DNA of 64,000 nt, from the NCBI GenBank assembly GCA_938003925.1, contig CALKWQ010000022.1, positions 90,278 to 154,277 of the forward strand, in the 5' to 3' direction. The position numbers and the translations under genes were made by a program. The notes beneath the pieces are model-generated. The model did not search any database, was not told the origin of the DNA, and saw nothing but the letters and a program-made list of their open reading frames with translations. The first letter of the stretch is position 1. The number at the start of each line of letters is the position of its first letter. Source of the stretch: an uncultured bacterium (GTDB taxonomy: Bacteria; Patescibacteriota; Patescibacteriia; Patescibacteriales; UBA12465). Positions 8,267-16,117 of this stretch are shown here, one piece after another.

Positions 8267-9832
8267 TTATTGAGCAAGTTGTTTTACGCCATAACGAATG
8301 AGTTGCTCATTATCTTTGAAATTATCTGCTTTGCTTTTGGCTCCAAAATTAACCACAATCAACGGGCCGGCAGCTGTTTCCACCCTAGTCATCAAACAAT
8401 AACCAGCCTCATCTAAATAACCGGTCTTGGAGCCGCTAATTTTATAAGCACCATTTAACAAAAGGCTGTTGGTGTTGCTGAGATTGTGCTTGACCTTCTT
8501 ATTGATCGTAGAAAAAGAGTAGCGGGCAGTAGTGCTAATTTTAACTAACAAAGGATGCTTAAAAAGTTCTTTTGTTATTATAGCATAATCGAGAGGAGAA
8601 CTCACATTTTCAGGCGACAAACCAGTGGGCTCTACGAACCTAGTGCCTGTTGCCCCCCAAGCTAACACCTGCTCATTCATTTTTTTAATAAACTCTGTTC
8701 TACTTAGACCGCTAACTCGCACCAGGCTTTCAACCGCGTTATTAGCCGAGCCAACTAAGGCGGCATATAACAAATTTTCTATCGTCATAGTCTCTCCTTC
8801 GGTGACGCGCAAACGAGCAGACTCCCAGGGCTCACAATATTCATAGTTATACTTCTCATCTTGAGTAGAATAAGCAACCACTTGGCTTAAGGTCGGTTTA
8901 GTATCTAAAAACACTCTAGCAGCCACTAATTTGGTTAAACTGGCCAGAGGCGCTGTAGAGCTTGCGTTCTTGTTATATAAAATTTTGCCGCTATCGGCTG
9001 CCATTACCACAGCTGAGCGTGAACTAAGTTCGGGTAAAGCTCCCGCTGGCTGTAGCTTAATTTGATCGTCGGGAGAAATTAATTTTTGTGGCTCAATTTT
9101 TACCTTAATCACGCCAGCTTTAGTAGAAGCAATTTTAGCAAAAGCCACTGCGTCCAAATCTACTACCCGTTCGGGATGTAATCGACGGTCAGGTCCGTAA
9201 TCATTAACCGTCACATTCACCGATTTGCCATTATCTAAGTTGGTAACCTTTAAAATAGTGCCGGCTTTAAAATCAGGTGAAGCAGTGAACAAGCCTCCCC
9301 TATGGCGATACCAGCTGGCCTGGCCCACAGTCATCAACTGATTAGTATACAACACGGCCACGCGCGCATAGGGTAAATGAATATCGGCACTGACAATCTT
9401 TTTATTGGGATCATCTACGGAGGGCAATGGTCGCCACTGTTTCCGACCACCATCATAGAAAAAAATCTGCTTATAGTAGTTATTGGTTTCGGAATAAGTT
9501 ATTTGCAACTTCAGTGGTTGAGTGCGATCGTAAGAGGCGCCTTTATCGGTAAAGTCAAACTGATAAACAGCGCTAAGAGGGCTGTAATTCCAAGGAAAAC
9601 TGAAAGCAGTGCCTAGATTGTCTAATTTTAAAGCAGTAGGTGATTTAATAGCTTTGGCCGTCGTATTAATCCTAAAAGCGTCTAACGTAGCCCCTTGAGC
9701 CAGGCCCGCCTGCCAAGCAGTAGTCACGCTAATTGGAGCCACTATCTCCTCTTGACCCTGAACAGGACCAGAAAAAGTTAATAATTGTACAATAAACGCC
9801 AGAGTTAAGAATATGGAAATTTTTTTAGACAT
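8267..9832 (-). CDS. secreted fusion protein: RlpA-like DPBB domain plus D-alanyl-D-alanine carboxypeptidase (peptidase S11/PBP5-like)
   Basis: Signal peptide MSKKISIFLTLAFIVQLLTFSGPVQG. RlpA-type DPBB segment QASWYRHRGGLFTASPDF...VTVNDYGPDRRLHPERVVDLD. S11 motifs SLTK (SxxK), SANN (SxN) and KTGY (KTG). The track ORF extends to 9997 only by reading antisense through the tRNA genes (MLYQLSYLG...), so I trimmed it to the ATG at 9832. Confidence 0.8.
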   Translation of the reverse strand: MSKKISIFLTLAFIVQLLTFSGPVQGQEEIVAPISVTTAWQAGLAQGATLDAFRINTTAKAIKSPTALKLDNLGTAFSFPWNYSPLSAVYQFDFTDKGASYDRTQPLKLQITYSETNNYYKQIFFYDGGRKQWRPLPSVDDPNKKIVSADIHLPYARVAVLYTNQLMTVGQASWYRHRGGLFTASPDFKAGTILKVTNLDNGKSVNVTVNDYGPDRRLHPERVVDLDAVAFAKIASTKAGVIKVKIEPQKLISPDDQIKLQPAGALPELSSRSAVVMAADSGKILYNKNASSTAPLASLTKLVAARVFLDTKPTLSQVVAYSTQDEKYNYEYCEPWESARLRVTEGETMTIENLLYAALVGSANNAVESLVRVSGLSRTEFIKKMNEQVLAWGATGTRFVEPTGLSPENVSSPLDYAIITKELFKHPLLVKISTTARYSFSTINKKVKHNLSNTNSLLLNGAYKISGSKTGYLDEAGYCLMTRVETAAGPLIVVNFGAKSKADNFKDNEQLIRYGVKQLAQ

Positions 9833-9890
9833 AAGATGATTAGTTAATTGACTAAGGTTGCAGCTTCTGCTTATAATATGAAAGATATCT

Positions 9891-9962
9891 GCGGGTGTCG
9901 TATAATGGTTATTATGCAAGCTTCCCAAGCTTGAGACGGCGGTCCGATTCCGCTCACCCGCT
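9891..9962 (+). tRNA. tRNA-Gly (anticodon CCC), non-canonical T-loop
   Basis: Acceptor GCGGGTG/CACCCGC, anticodon stem CAAGC/GCTTG with loop TTCCCAA, T arm GGCGG-TCCGATT-CCGCT, discriminator T, no CCA. The T-loop reads TCC where TTC (T54-Psi55-C56) is expected. Confidence 0.8.
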
Positions 9963-9970
9963 CTAATTCG

Positions 9971-10046
9971 GCCGAGATAGCTCAACTGGTAGAGCAACGG
10001 TATCGTAAACCGTAGGTTGTGGGTTCAAGTCCCATTCTCGGCTCCA
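9971..10046 (+). tRNA. tRNA-Thr (anticodon CGU)
   Basis: Acceptor GCCGAGA/TCTCGGC, D arm AGCTC..GAGC, anticodon stem ACGGT/ACCGT with loop ATCGTAA, T arm GTGGG-TTCAAGT-CCCAT, discriminator T and an encoded CCA. 76 nt. Confidence 0.9.
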
Positions 10047-10050
10047 ACAA

Positions 10051-10087
10051 TAAATAAAGCCGGCCACAGTGCCGGCTTGTTTATTTT
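10051..10087. terminator. bidirectional intrinsic terminator
   Basis: AAGCCGGC / GCCGGCTT 8-bp GC-rich stem with a 6-nt loop, flanked by aataaataa and gtttatttt. It lies between the convergent tRNA pair (+) and the FtsB-like gene (-). Confidence 0.75.
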
Positions 10088-10114
10088 CCGTCAGGCCGGC
10101 CAGGATTAAAATTA

Positions 10115-10537
10115 TCAATTGGCAAAATATTGCCACCATTTACGCCAATTAGCCACTGAGACTTTAGGTTCTGCCACTGGTTGAACTGACCCGAAAGCTT
10201 CACCTTGGATAACGGCAACGGTTTCTCCTGGACGCTTTAAGCCCATATTTAAACGGGCCTGCTCTTCTAAGGATTGGTCTGATTGTAAATAGTCAATCAT
10301 CTCCTTCAAATCTTGATTCTTGGCCTCAAACTCACTAATCTCCTGTTGAATATCAGCAATTTCTCGCTCAATAATACGCTTACGACTATAATTCTTGGCT
10401 AATGGCACCAAAATGAGCAATAAAAAAAGTAAAGCAATAATTGCAAGTATTCGCGGATTAGCTAACCAACGACTAAAAAAATCTGATTTAACTCGTTGTT
10501 GCTGTTTAAAATTAGAGACCGGTTTTGCTTTTGCCAT
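10115..10537 (-). CDS. septum formation initiator (FtsB/DivIC family)
   Basis: Single TM helix (ILAIIALLFLLLILVPL) followed by a coiled coil and ...SLEEQARLNMGLKRPGETVAVI, the DivIC/FtsB family signature. Confidence 0.7.
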   Translation of the reverse strand: MAKAKPVSNFKQQQRVKSDFFSRWLANPRILAIIALLFLLLILVPLAKNYSRKRIIEREIADIQQEISEFEAKNQDLKEMIDYLQSDQSLEEQARLNMGLKRPGETVAVIQGEAFGSVQPVAEPKVSVANWRKWWQYFAN

Positions 10538-10614
10538 AAATGATGCTAACCAAAAAAATATCTACACCCATCATAACAAAATTCTACAGAAAGAGACAGC
10601 TGTTGTTCTTAAAC

Positions 10615-12195
10615 TTAAGCACGTGATTTGGGTGTCACCCAAAAACCCATATATTTACCACGCAATAATCGCCACTGGGCGTCCAAACAAGGAATAGAGC
10701 CAAATAAAATAATAGTTACAGGCACAAAAATCCACTCCAACACCATGCGCACATTTTTAAAAGCGGTATATTTTTTAGGACGCTTGGGCAATAACAAAGC
10801 TGAAACTACCGCCGATAAAACTAGACCAACCATGGCTATATTCATCAAAGTCTGAGAAATTGCTGGTAAATTACCAGATAGCACAGTACTGTTAAAACGT
10901 TCTCCCCCTAATAGCATAGGCATCCAGCCAATCACCGCGATAATTAAGGCATTAGTAGCCCAAGAATGAAAACCGTAAATTTGTGTGGCAATATGACTCA
11001 CCAATTTACCCCGATCAATGCGGTGCCAATGTTTCACCGTATTAAACATCAAATAGGGCACATTTTCCGCTCCCCAAGCCCAGCGTCGTTGCTGCTTATA
11101 TAAACTCCTAGCCGTCTGCCAGAAATTACGGTCAAAAGTAATATCCATAGATACTGGAAAATAGAGCGGTTCCACCCGATAATCACCTTGATAATGTAAT
11201 AAGCAATGCCAGAAAATTCGTGAGTCCTCACTCACCATATTAGTGGACCAAAAACCAATATCAACTAAAGCCCGCCAAGTCATAGAATGAGACGAGTAGG
11301 TTACGAGTTGCTCTTCTCTAATTTGCATCATCATTTGCCAAAAGGTATTAGACGAGGCGGCTACGCGCGAAAAGAAAGGCGCTTCCCACAGATTATTATG
11401 ATACACGGGAATCGGCTGATAGCTGGCGCGATAAGGCGACGAAACGGTCAAAAATTTGTAGGTCAGAGCAAAAAAATAACCAGGACGCACCATAGTATCA
11501 ATATCAAATACACTTACCAAAATATTGTCGTAATCAAAATTCTCTGTATCCAAAACTTCTCGTTGTACCTGTTTGGCCGCCCAAGCTTGATTAGCCCCCT
11601 TGCCTTTCAACTCGCCAGCGATGCCATCTGGATGAAAAGTAATAACCAGGCGACCAAAACGATCACGGAATCGTGTTTGAATCAATTGAGCCCGCTCGCG
11701 AGCCGATTGACCAGCGCGCTCTTCCATTGCCACCACCACCAACATCTGCGCCGGAGGAAAACCGTCTTGCAACAAAGATTCCAAAGCGCTAGCGATAATT
11801 TCAACGCTCTCATTATAATTCGGCAAGATAATCAATTGCCTTACATCCTGCCAAACCTTACCTTGTCTCGCTAGACAATCTGCAACAATAGCTGGATCAG
11901 AAAAATCCGCTCTACTTAAACGCTCACAGCGCTCACGCCAGTCAACGGCTGCATTTTTCTTTAATTTGCGATAAGCAGCCACCAAATAAAGAGCTAGGTA
12001 AATCACTAACAAGAGCCAATAAACATCAAAAGCAATAATAAAAAAGGCTACCCAAACCGGTTGCAGATACGACATCACCAACAAAACAATCAGGGTAAGA
12101 AAAGATAGGGCTCCGGGTAAAATTTCAAAAAAACGATAAAGACGCCGGTCCTTACCGCTCAAATCAGTAGCCTTACTTACTTTAAGATAATCCAT
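10615..12195 (-). CDS. membrane-embedded family-2 glycosyltransferase, processive (cellulose/chitin-synthase-like) type
   Basis: ILPNYNES, VFDIDT, VSEDSRIFW and QQRRWAWG (the Q-x-x-R-W motif of processive GT2 enzymes), flanked by multiple TM helices. I moved the start to the ATG at 12195, 1 nt after the upstream stop. Confidence 0.75.
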   Translation of the reverse strand: MDYLKVSKATDLSGKDRRLYRFFEILPGALSFLTLIVLLVMSYLQPVWVAFFIIAFDVYWLLLVIYLALYLVAAYRKLKKNAAVDWRERCERLSRADFSDPAIVADCLARQGKVWQDVRQLIILPNYNESVEIIASALESLLQDGFPPAQMLVVVAMEERAGQSARERAQLIQTRFRDRFGRLVITFHPDGIAGELKGKGANQAWAAKQVQREVLDTENFDYDNILVSVFDIDTMVRPGYFFALTYKFLTVSSPYRASYQPIPVYHNNLWEAPFFSRVAASSNTFWQMMMQIREEQLVTYSSHSMTWRALVDIGFWSTNMVSEDSRIFWHCLLHYQGDYRVEPLYFPVSMDITFDRNFWQTARSLYKQQRRWAWGAENVPYLMFNTVKHWHRIDRGKLVSHIATQIYGFHSWATNALIIAVIGWMPMLLGGERFNSTVLSGNLPAISQTLMNIAMVGLVLSAVVSALLLPKRPKKYTAFKNVRMVLEWIFVPVTIILFGSIPCLDAQWRLLRGKYMGFWVTPKSRA

Positions 12196-12196
12196 A

Positions 12197-12772
12197 TTAA
12201 ATATTAAAACCGCGACGGCGGATTTCAAAAAAACAACGAGCGCAAGCCAGCACATCCACCATCGCGTTATGAGCTTCGGCAAAGTCGCGATTAAACAAAT
12301 AGCGGTGGAGCTCGGCTAAATTTGGCCACTTATAACCGCCCCGCCCATTACTGATACGACAAATATCAGCACCAGCCTTCATGGTGCATATTTTTTTAGA
12401 TGAAGCTAAATCATTAGCAATCAGAAATCTATAAAACTCACAGCCGATAATTTTATCATCAAAATCAATATTGTGGCCGACTAAAGCCTCTGCACGAGAG
12501 ATGTGACGGGCAAACTCGGTTAGCACCGTTAAAGCGTCTTTACCTTCAGCTACAGCCTGTTCGTGGCTAATGCGATGGATACGGGTTGCCTCTTCCGGAA
12601 CTACAAAGCCATCAGGCTTAATAATATAATCGTAACGATCCCAGGCTTTACCATCTTTATCAAACCAAGCCCAAGACAACTGGACTAGACGAGGCCAATT
12701 CTCTGTATCGGTAATCGGCGCCTTATAACTCTTAGGCAAGCCAGTGGTTTCCGTATCAAAAACTAAATACAT
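12197..12772 (-). CDS. DnaQ-like 3'-5' exonuclease (DEDDh)
   Basis: Exo I LVFDTETTG, Exo II VGHNIDFDDKII, Exo III HNAMVDVLA. Confidence 0.85.
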   Translation of the reverse strand: MYLVFDTETTGLPKSYKAPITDTENWPRLVQLSWAWFDKDGKAWDRYDYIIKPDGFVVPEEATRIHRISHEQAVAEGKDALTVLTEFARHISRAEALVGHNIDFDDKIIGCEFYRFLIANDLASSKKICTMKAGADICRISNGRGGYKWPNLAELHRYLFNRDFAEAHNAMVDVLACARCFFEIRRRGFNI

Positions 12773-12778
12773 AAAAAA

Positions 12779-14752
12779 TTATTCAGGGCGACGAGAAAAA
12801 TCAATGACTTCGTCGGCCATAATATCCAGCCCCTCTTCGCCATCCATCTCTGATTCATTCAGAACTACTTTAGGTGCCACCGTCTTCTCTGGTCTACCTT
12901 TAAAGTCAACCGGCCGAGCTTGATGCAAAGATGACAAAGACAAAGCAGGGGTAGAGCTGGCTAAATTTTCCAATTCCTCACTCTTGGCCTGCTTACGCGT
13001 ATCTAATTCGGCCTTCTTTTCCTGTCGTTTTAGACTAAGGCAATCTTTACAAAAAACTGGCCGCACACCATCTGGCACAAATACAGTGGTAGTATCAACA
13101 CCACAACGGGCGCAGACAGCGGAATAAGATGGCTTGGCAGCAGCTGACTTAACTGGAGCAGGTGTTGCATTACGTGGCGCTGTAGTGGCGGTAGGGCGCC
13201 TTAACTGATCATTGCTTGATGCTGGGGCAGTACTGCGCGGCATTGCTGCTGCCTGGTTACTATTAGCCTTAACCACTAGTGGAGTTGAAAGAGTTGGAGT
13301 AGAACCTACCGAAATTTTATTAACTACCGAAGTAACGGTCGACCTAGGCGTGAGGGTGGGGGCTGATTGGCTAATGTTAGTAGCGACCTGACTTGTACTA
13401 ACGGCGCTCACAGGAGTGCTGGGCGCTATACGGGGAGCGCTAACATTAGAGTTAACAGCAACTGGAGCATCATCTGCTGCTTCATGCCAACGTAAAATCT
13501 TCTCCTCTACTTCAGCCCGACTACTAGCATATTTCTCGCGTGAATACGCAATAACCTTCTCTACGTTATTGGTTTTTTCCTCCTCTGTCAAAGGAGGCAA
13601 GCCTTTAGCAGAAAAAGGAGAGGAAGCAATACCATCGATCATTAATTTAAGATACATCTCGTATTTAGGTAGGTTGACCAAATCTTCTTCAGTAAAAACC
13701 GGGGCAAACTCTTTTGCCAACTCTTCAGCGTCAGTAGCGCCAACCCTGAACGAAACCATAGTGCCGACGTTACCAAATACTGCCGGTTTCACCTTTTCAC
13801 TTAACTGTTCAATATATTGGTGAGCCAAAATTAAATTCAAATGGTACTTTCTTGCTTCTGATAAAATATTTGCAAAACTGTCGGTGGAGAAATTTTGAAA
13901 TTCATCAATATATAAATAAAAATCTTTACGTTCTTTTTCCGGCATGTCCACACGACTCATCGCAGCCAATTGAATCTTAGTAATCATCATTGCCCCCAAT
14001 AAAGCCGAATTGTCCTCGCCAATACGCCCTTTACTCAGATTCATAATCAAAATCTTGCCCTCATCCATGATGTTACGAATATCGATAGATGATTTAACTT
14101 GACCAATTATATTACGCATTAAAGAGCTAGAAAGAAATTGACCAACCTTATTTTGAATAGGAGATACCGCCTCGGAAGCAAATTTATCCGCGTAAGACGC
14201 AAATTCTTTTTCCCAAAAAGCTTTAACAACAGGATCTTTAATATTAGCAACCACTCTTTTACGGTATGATTTATCCGATAACATCCGCACCACACCTAAA
14301 AGCGTAGAGCCAGGAAAATCCAGAATAGCTAAAATAGCATTACGCAAAATATACTCTAGGCGAGGCCCCCAAGAGTCTGCCCATAGTTTTTGGAAAACTC
14401 CCAGCAAACCAGAGGCGACTAAATGGCGTAAATGCGGCTCAACCTGTTCCAAAACATTAAAAGCAATCGGATAATCCATGTCCGATGGGTTAAAATATAC
14501 TACATCTTGAATACGGTTAGCTGGCACATACTCAATAATTTTTTCGGCTAAATCACCGTGAGGATCAACCACCGCCAATCCGTAACCGGCACGAATATCG
14601 CCCACAATCATATTCTCCTGAATGGTGGACTTACCCATACCTGTTTTCCCAATCAAATACATGTGCCGGCGACGATCGTCGGTTTTGATACCAAATTTTT
14701 TAAATTGATTGCGGAAAGTCGTTTGCGCGAACACCGCTATCTCTTCACTCAT
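12779..14752 (-). CDS. soluble VirD4/TraD-like (FtsK/HerA superfamily) P-loop ATPase with C-terminal zinc ribbon
   Basis: Walker A GKTGMGKS, Walker B FYLYIDEFQNF, and ARKYHLNLILAHQY. There is no N-terminal TM helix. The ~170-aa S/T/P/A-rich tail carries CARCGVDTTTVFVPDGVRPVFCKDC (CxxC-x17-CxxC). Confidence 0.7.
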   Translation of the reverse strand: MSEEIAVFAQTTFRNQFKKFGIKTDDRRRHMYLIGKTGMGKSTIQENMIVGDIRAGYGLAVVDPHGDLAEKIIEYVPANRIQDVVYFNPSDMDYPIAFNVLEQVEPHLRHLVASGLLGVFQKLWADSWGPRLEYILRNAILAILDFPGSTLLGVVRMLSDKSYRKRVVANIKDPVVKAFWEKEFASYADKFASEAVSPIQNKVGQFLSSSLMRNIIGQVKSSIDIRNIMDEGKILIMNLSKGRIGEDNSALLGAMMITKIQLAAMSRVDMPEKERKDFYLYIDEFQNFSTDSFANILSEARKYHLNLILAHQYIEQLSEKVKPAVFGNVGTMVSFRVGATDAEELAKEFAPVFTEEDLVNLPKYEMYLKLMIDGIASSPFSAKGLPPLTEEEKTNNVEKVIAYSREKYASSRAEVEEKILRWHEAADDAPVAVNSNVSAPRIAPSTPVSAVSTSQVATNISQSAPTLTPRSTVTSVVNKISVGSTPTLSTPLVVKANSNQAAAMPRSTAPASSNDQLRRPTATTAPRNATPAPVKSAAAKPSYSAVCARCGVDTTTVFVPDGVRPVFCKDCLSLKRQEKKAELDTRKQAKSEELENLASSTPALSLSSLHQARPVDFKGRPEKTVAPKVVLNESEMDGEEGLDIMADEVIDFSRRPE

Positions 14753-14774
14753 AAATTAAATAATAAAGCGCTGT

Positions 14775-15062
14775 TTACAAAGCTAAACCGCTACCTAAAG
14801 TCTGCAATAGCTGCTGATAATAATCACGGATTAAAGGCGGCAAGTAAATTACACCGATAATTAAGGGTATAATAATTAATATGAGTTTTATCCAGCCGAA
14901 CAAACGCTGCCAAGCTACGTAGGTATTGATATGTTTAACCATGGCCTGAATTTCTTTAGTCATGGCTAAATTAGCCCGTAATAAAGCAGCCAGATCTTCC
15001 TTGTTTTCAGCCTGAATATCATCAACTTCTACAGAAGTCTGCAAAGGGGTCTGATTATCCAT
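14775..15062 (-). CDS. hypothetical C-terminally membrane-anchored protein
   Basis: 95 aa from the ATG at 15062 (4 nt after the nrdG stop). It has an acidic/coiled N-terminus and one TM helix (WIKLILIIIPLIIGVIYL). Confidence 0.5.
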   Translation of the reverse strand: MDNQTPLQTSVEVDDIQAENKEDLAALLRANLAMTKEIQAMVKHINTYVAWQRLFGWIKLILIIIPLIIGVIYLPPLIRDYYQQLLQTLGSGLAL

Positions 15063-15066
15063 ATAA

Positions 15067-15801
15067 TTAAATGCGGGCGCGACACTCTTGCACAAACTGC
15101 GCGCCTATTAAAGCAAAATTTTCTAAATCTTTATCCAAAAAAGTACTCTTATTCTCAAAAGAGTCATTTACCAATGTAGTATCTGCCTTAAATTTTTGCA
15201 AATACCAACGCTGAGCCCCCTGAATCATGGACCCCATCAGAGCAATATCCGACTCTTCGTGTAAACTGGGCACTAAAGTGGTCCTAAACTCGTAGGGCAA
15301 ACCGCTAGCCATTATTATTTTAACACTTTTTTGCAAATTCTCTAAATTTACCCCCACCCCCACCACTGCTTCATATTTAGACCAAGGAGCTTTAATGTCC
15401 ATGGCAATATAGTCAATTAGCCGGTCTTTAATTAATCGATCTAACATCTCCGGATTAGTCCCATTACTATCAAGCTTAACTAAGTAGCCTAAATCTTTGA
15501 TTTTCTTAATAAATTCTGGTAAATCATGATGCAGAGTGGGCTCGCCACCACTTATGACTATTCCATCTAACTTACCCCGCCTTTCTGCTAAAAAAAGAAA
15601 AAGGTCGTCCTCCTTAATCAGGGGATAACCTTTATCTTTATGTTTAGTATCTAGCTCCAACTCGTCAGTACGGCGGGGCCAGACAAGCATAGGGTTGTAG
15701 CAAAAATGGCAACGAAAATTACAAGATTGAGTAAAAACAATGGCTGCCAATTTATCAGGATAATCTAACAGGGTTAATTTTTCTAAACCGCCAATAATCA
15801 T
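15067..15801 (-). CDS. nrdG: anaerobic ribonucleoside-triphosphate reductase activating protein (radical SAM)
   Basis: CNFRCHFCYNP (CxxxCxxC cluster) and GIVISGGEPTL. GGAGG lies 9 nt upstream of the ATG. Confidence 0.9.
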   Translation of the reverse strand: MIIGGLEKLTLLDYPDKLAAIVFTQSCNFRCHFCYNPMLVWPRRTDELELDTKHKDKGYPLIKEDDLFLFLAERRGKLDGIVISGGEPTLHHDLPEFIKKIKDLGYLVKLDSNGTNPEMLDRLIKDRLIDYIAMDIKAPWSKYEAVVGVGVNLENLQKSVKIIMASGLPYEFRTTLVPSLHEESDIALMGSMIQGAQRWYLQKFKADTTLVNDSFENKSTFLDKDLENFALIGAQFVQECRARI

Positions 15802-15870
15802 ATAGGTGAGCCTCCAGGAGCCGCCGGGATATCACAACGGCCCTGTCCCCGCACCCCTTGATTAATTATT

Positions 15871-16014
15871 TTACTCAGAACAAGCAACCTTGAAAGTCTT
15901 ACGATCTTTATACTCAGAAGCCTTGCCCGGATTAAAGCTTTTAACTGGAGTTAACCAACCGACGACGCGGCTGTAAACAATGCATTCCTGACGTTGAGTA
16001 GTAATGGGGCTCAT
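15871..16014 (-). CDS. stand-alone glycyl-radical segment of class III RNR (47 aa)
   Basis: Below the track size cut-off. My translation is MSPITTQRQECIVYSRVVGWLTPVKSFNPGKASEYKDRKTFKVACSE. VYSRVVGW...FNPGK matches the NrdD C-terminal glycyl-radical motif (E. coli RRVCGYLG..FNAGK). An in-frame stop lies at 16044..16042 upstream. Confidence 0.65.
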   Translation of the reverse strand: MSPITTQRQECIVYSRVVGWLTPVKSFNPGKASEYKDRKTFKVACSE

Positions 16015-16087
16015 ATTAATTAATATTAGGTTGAAGGGCGATTAAGCGATGGATTCAACCGCTCAAAGCCAACTCCCCCTTAAATAT

Positions 16088-16116
16088 ATTATAAAATAAA
16101 TTTACCTAGAAAACAA
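16088..16116 (-). promoter_or_regulatory. promoter-like element inside the nrdD / glycyl-radical ORF gap
   Basis: Minus strand TTGTTT-17 nt-TATAAT. The region is AT-rich, so a chance occurrence is possible. Confidence 0.3.
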
Positions 16117-16117
16117 A

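Noticed and set aside
9833-9997. N-terminal 55 residues of the track ORF 8267..9997 (MLYQLSYLGRIRAGERNRT...)
   Set aside because: This stretch is the antisense reading of tRNA-Thr and tRNA-Gly; LYQLSYLG is the classic tRNA-antisense peptide. A good signal peptide starts at the ATG at 9832.
11287-11874. 195-aa plus-strand ORF, together with similar antisense or alternate-frame ORFs: 13416..13823, 20759..21070, 21156..21542, 5146..5337, 5383..5577, 31705..32073, 33841..34086, 37126..37389, 38782..39000, 22412..22627 and 46841..47053
   Set aside because: All lie wholly inside longer ORFs that carry clear family motifs. Their products are low-complexity or repetitive, with no recognisable motifs.
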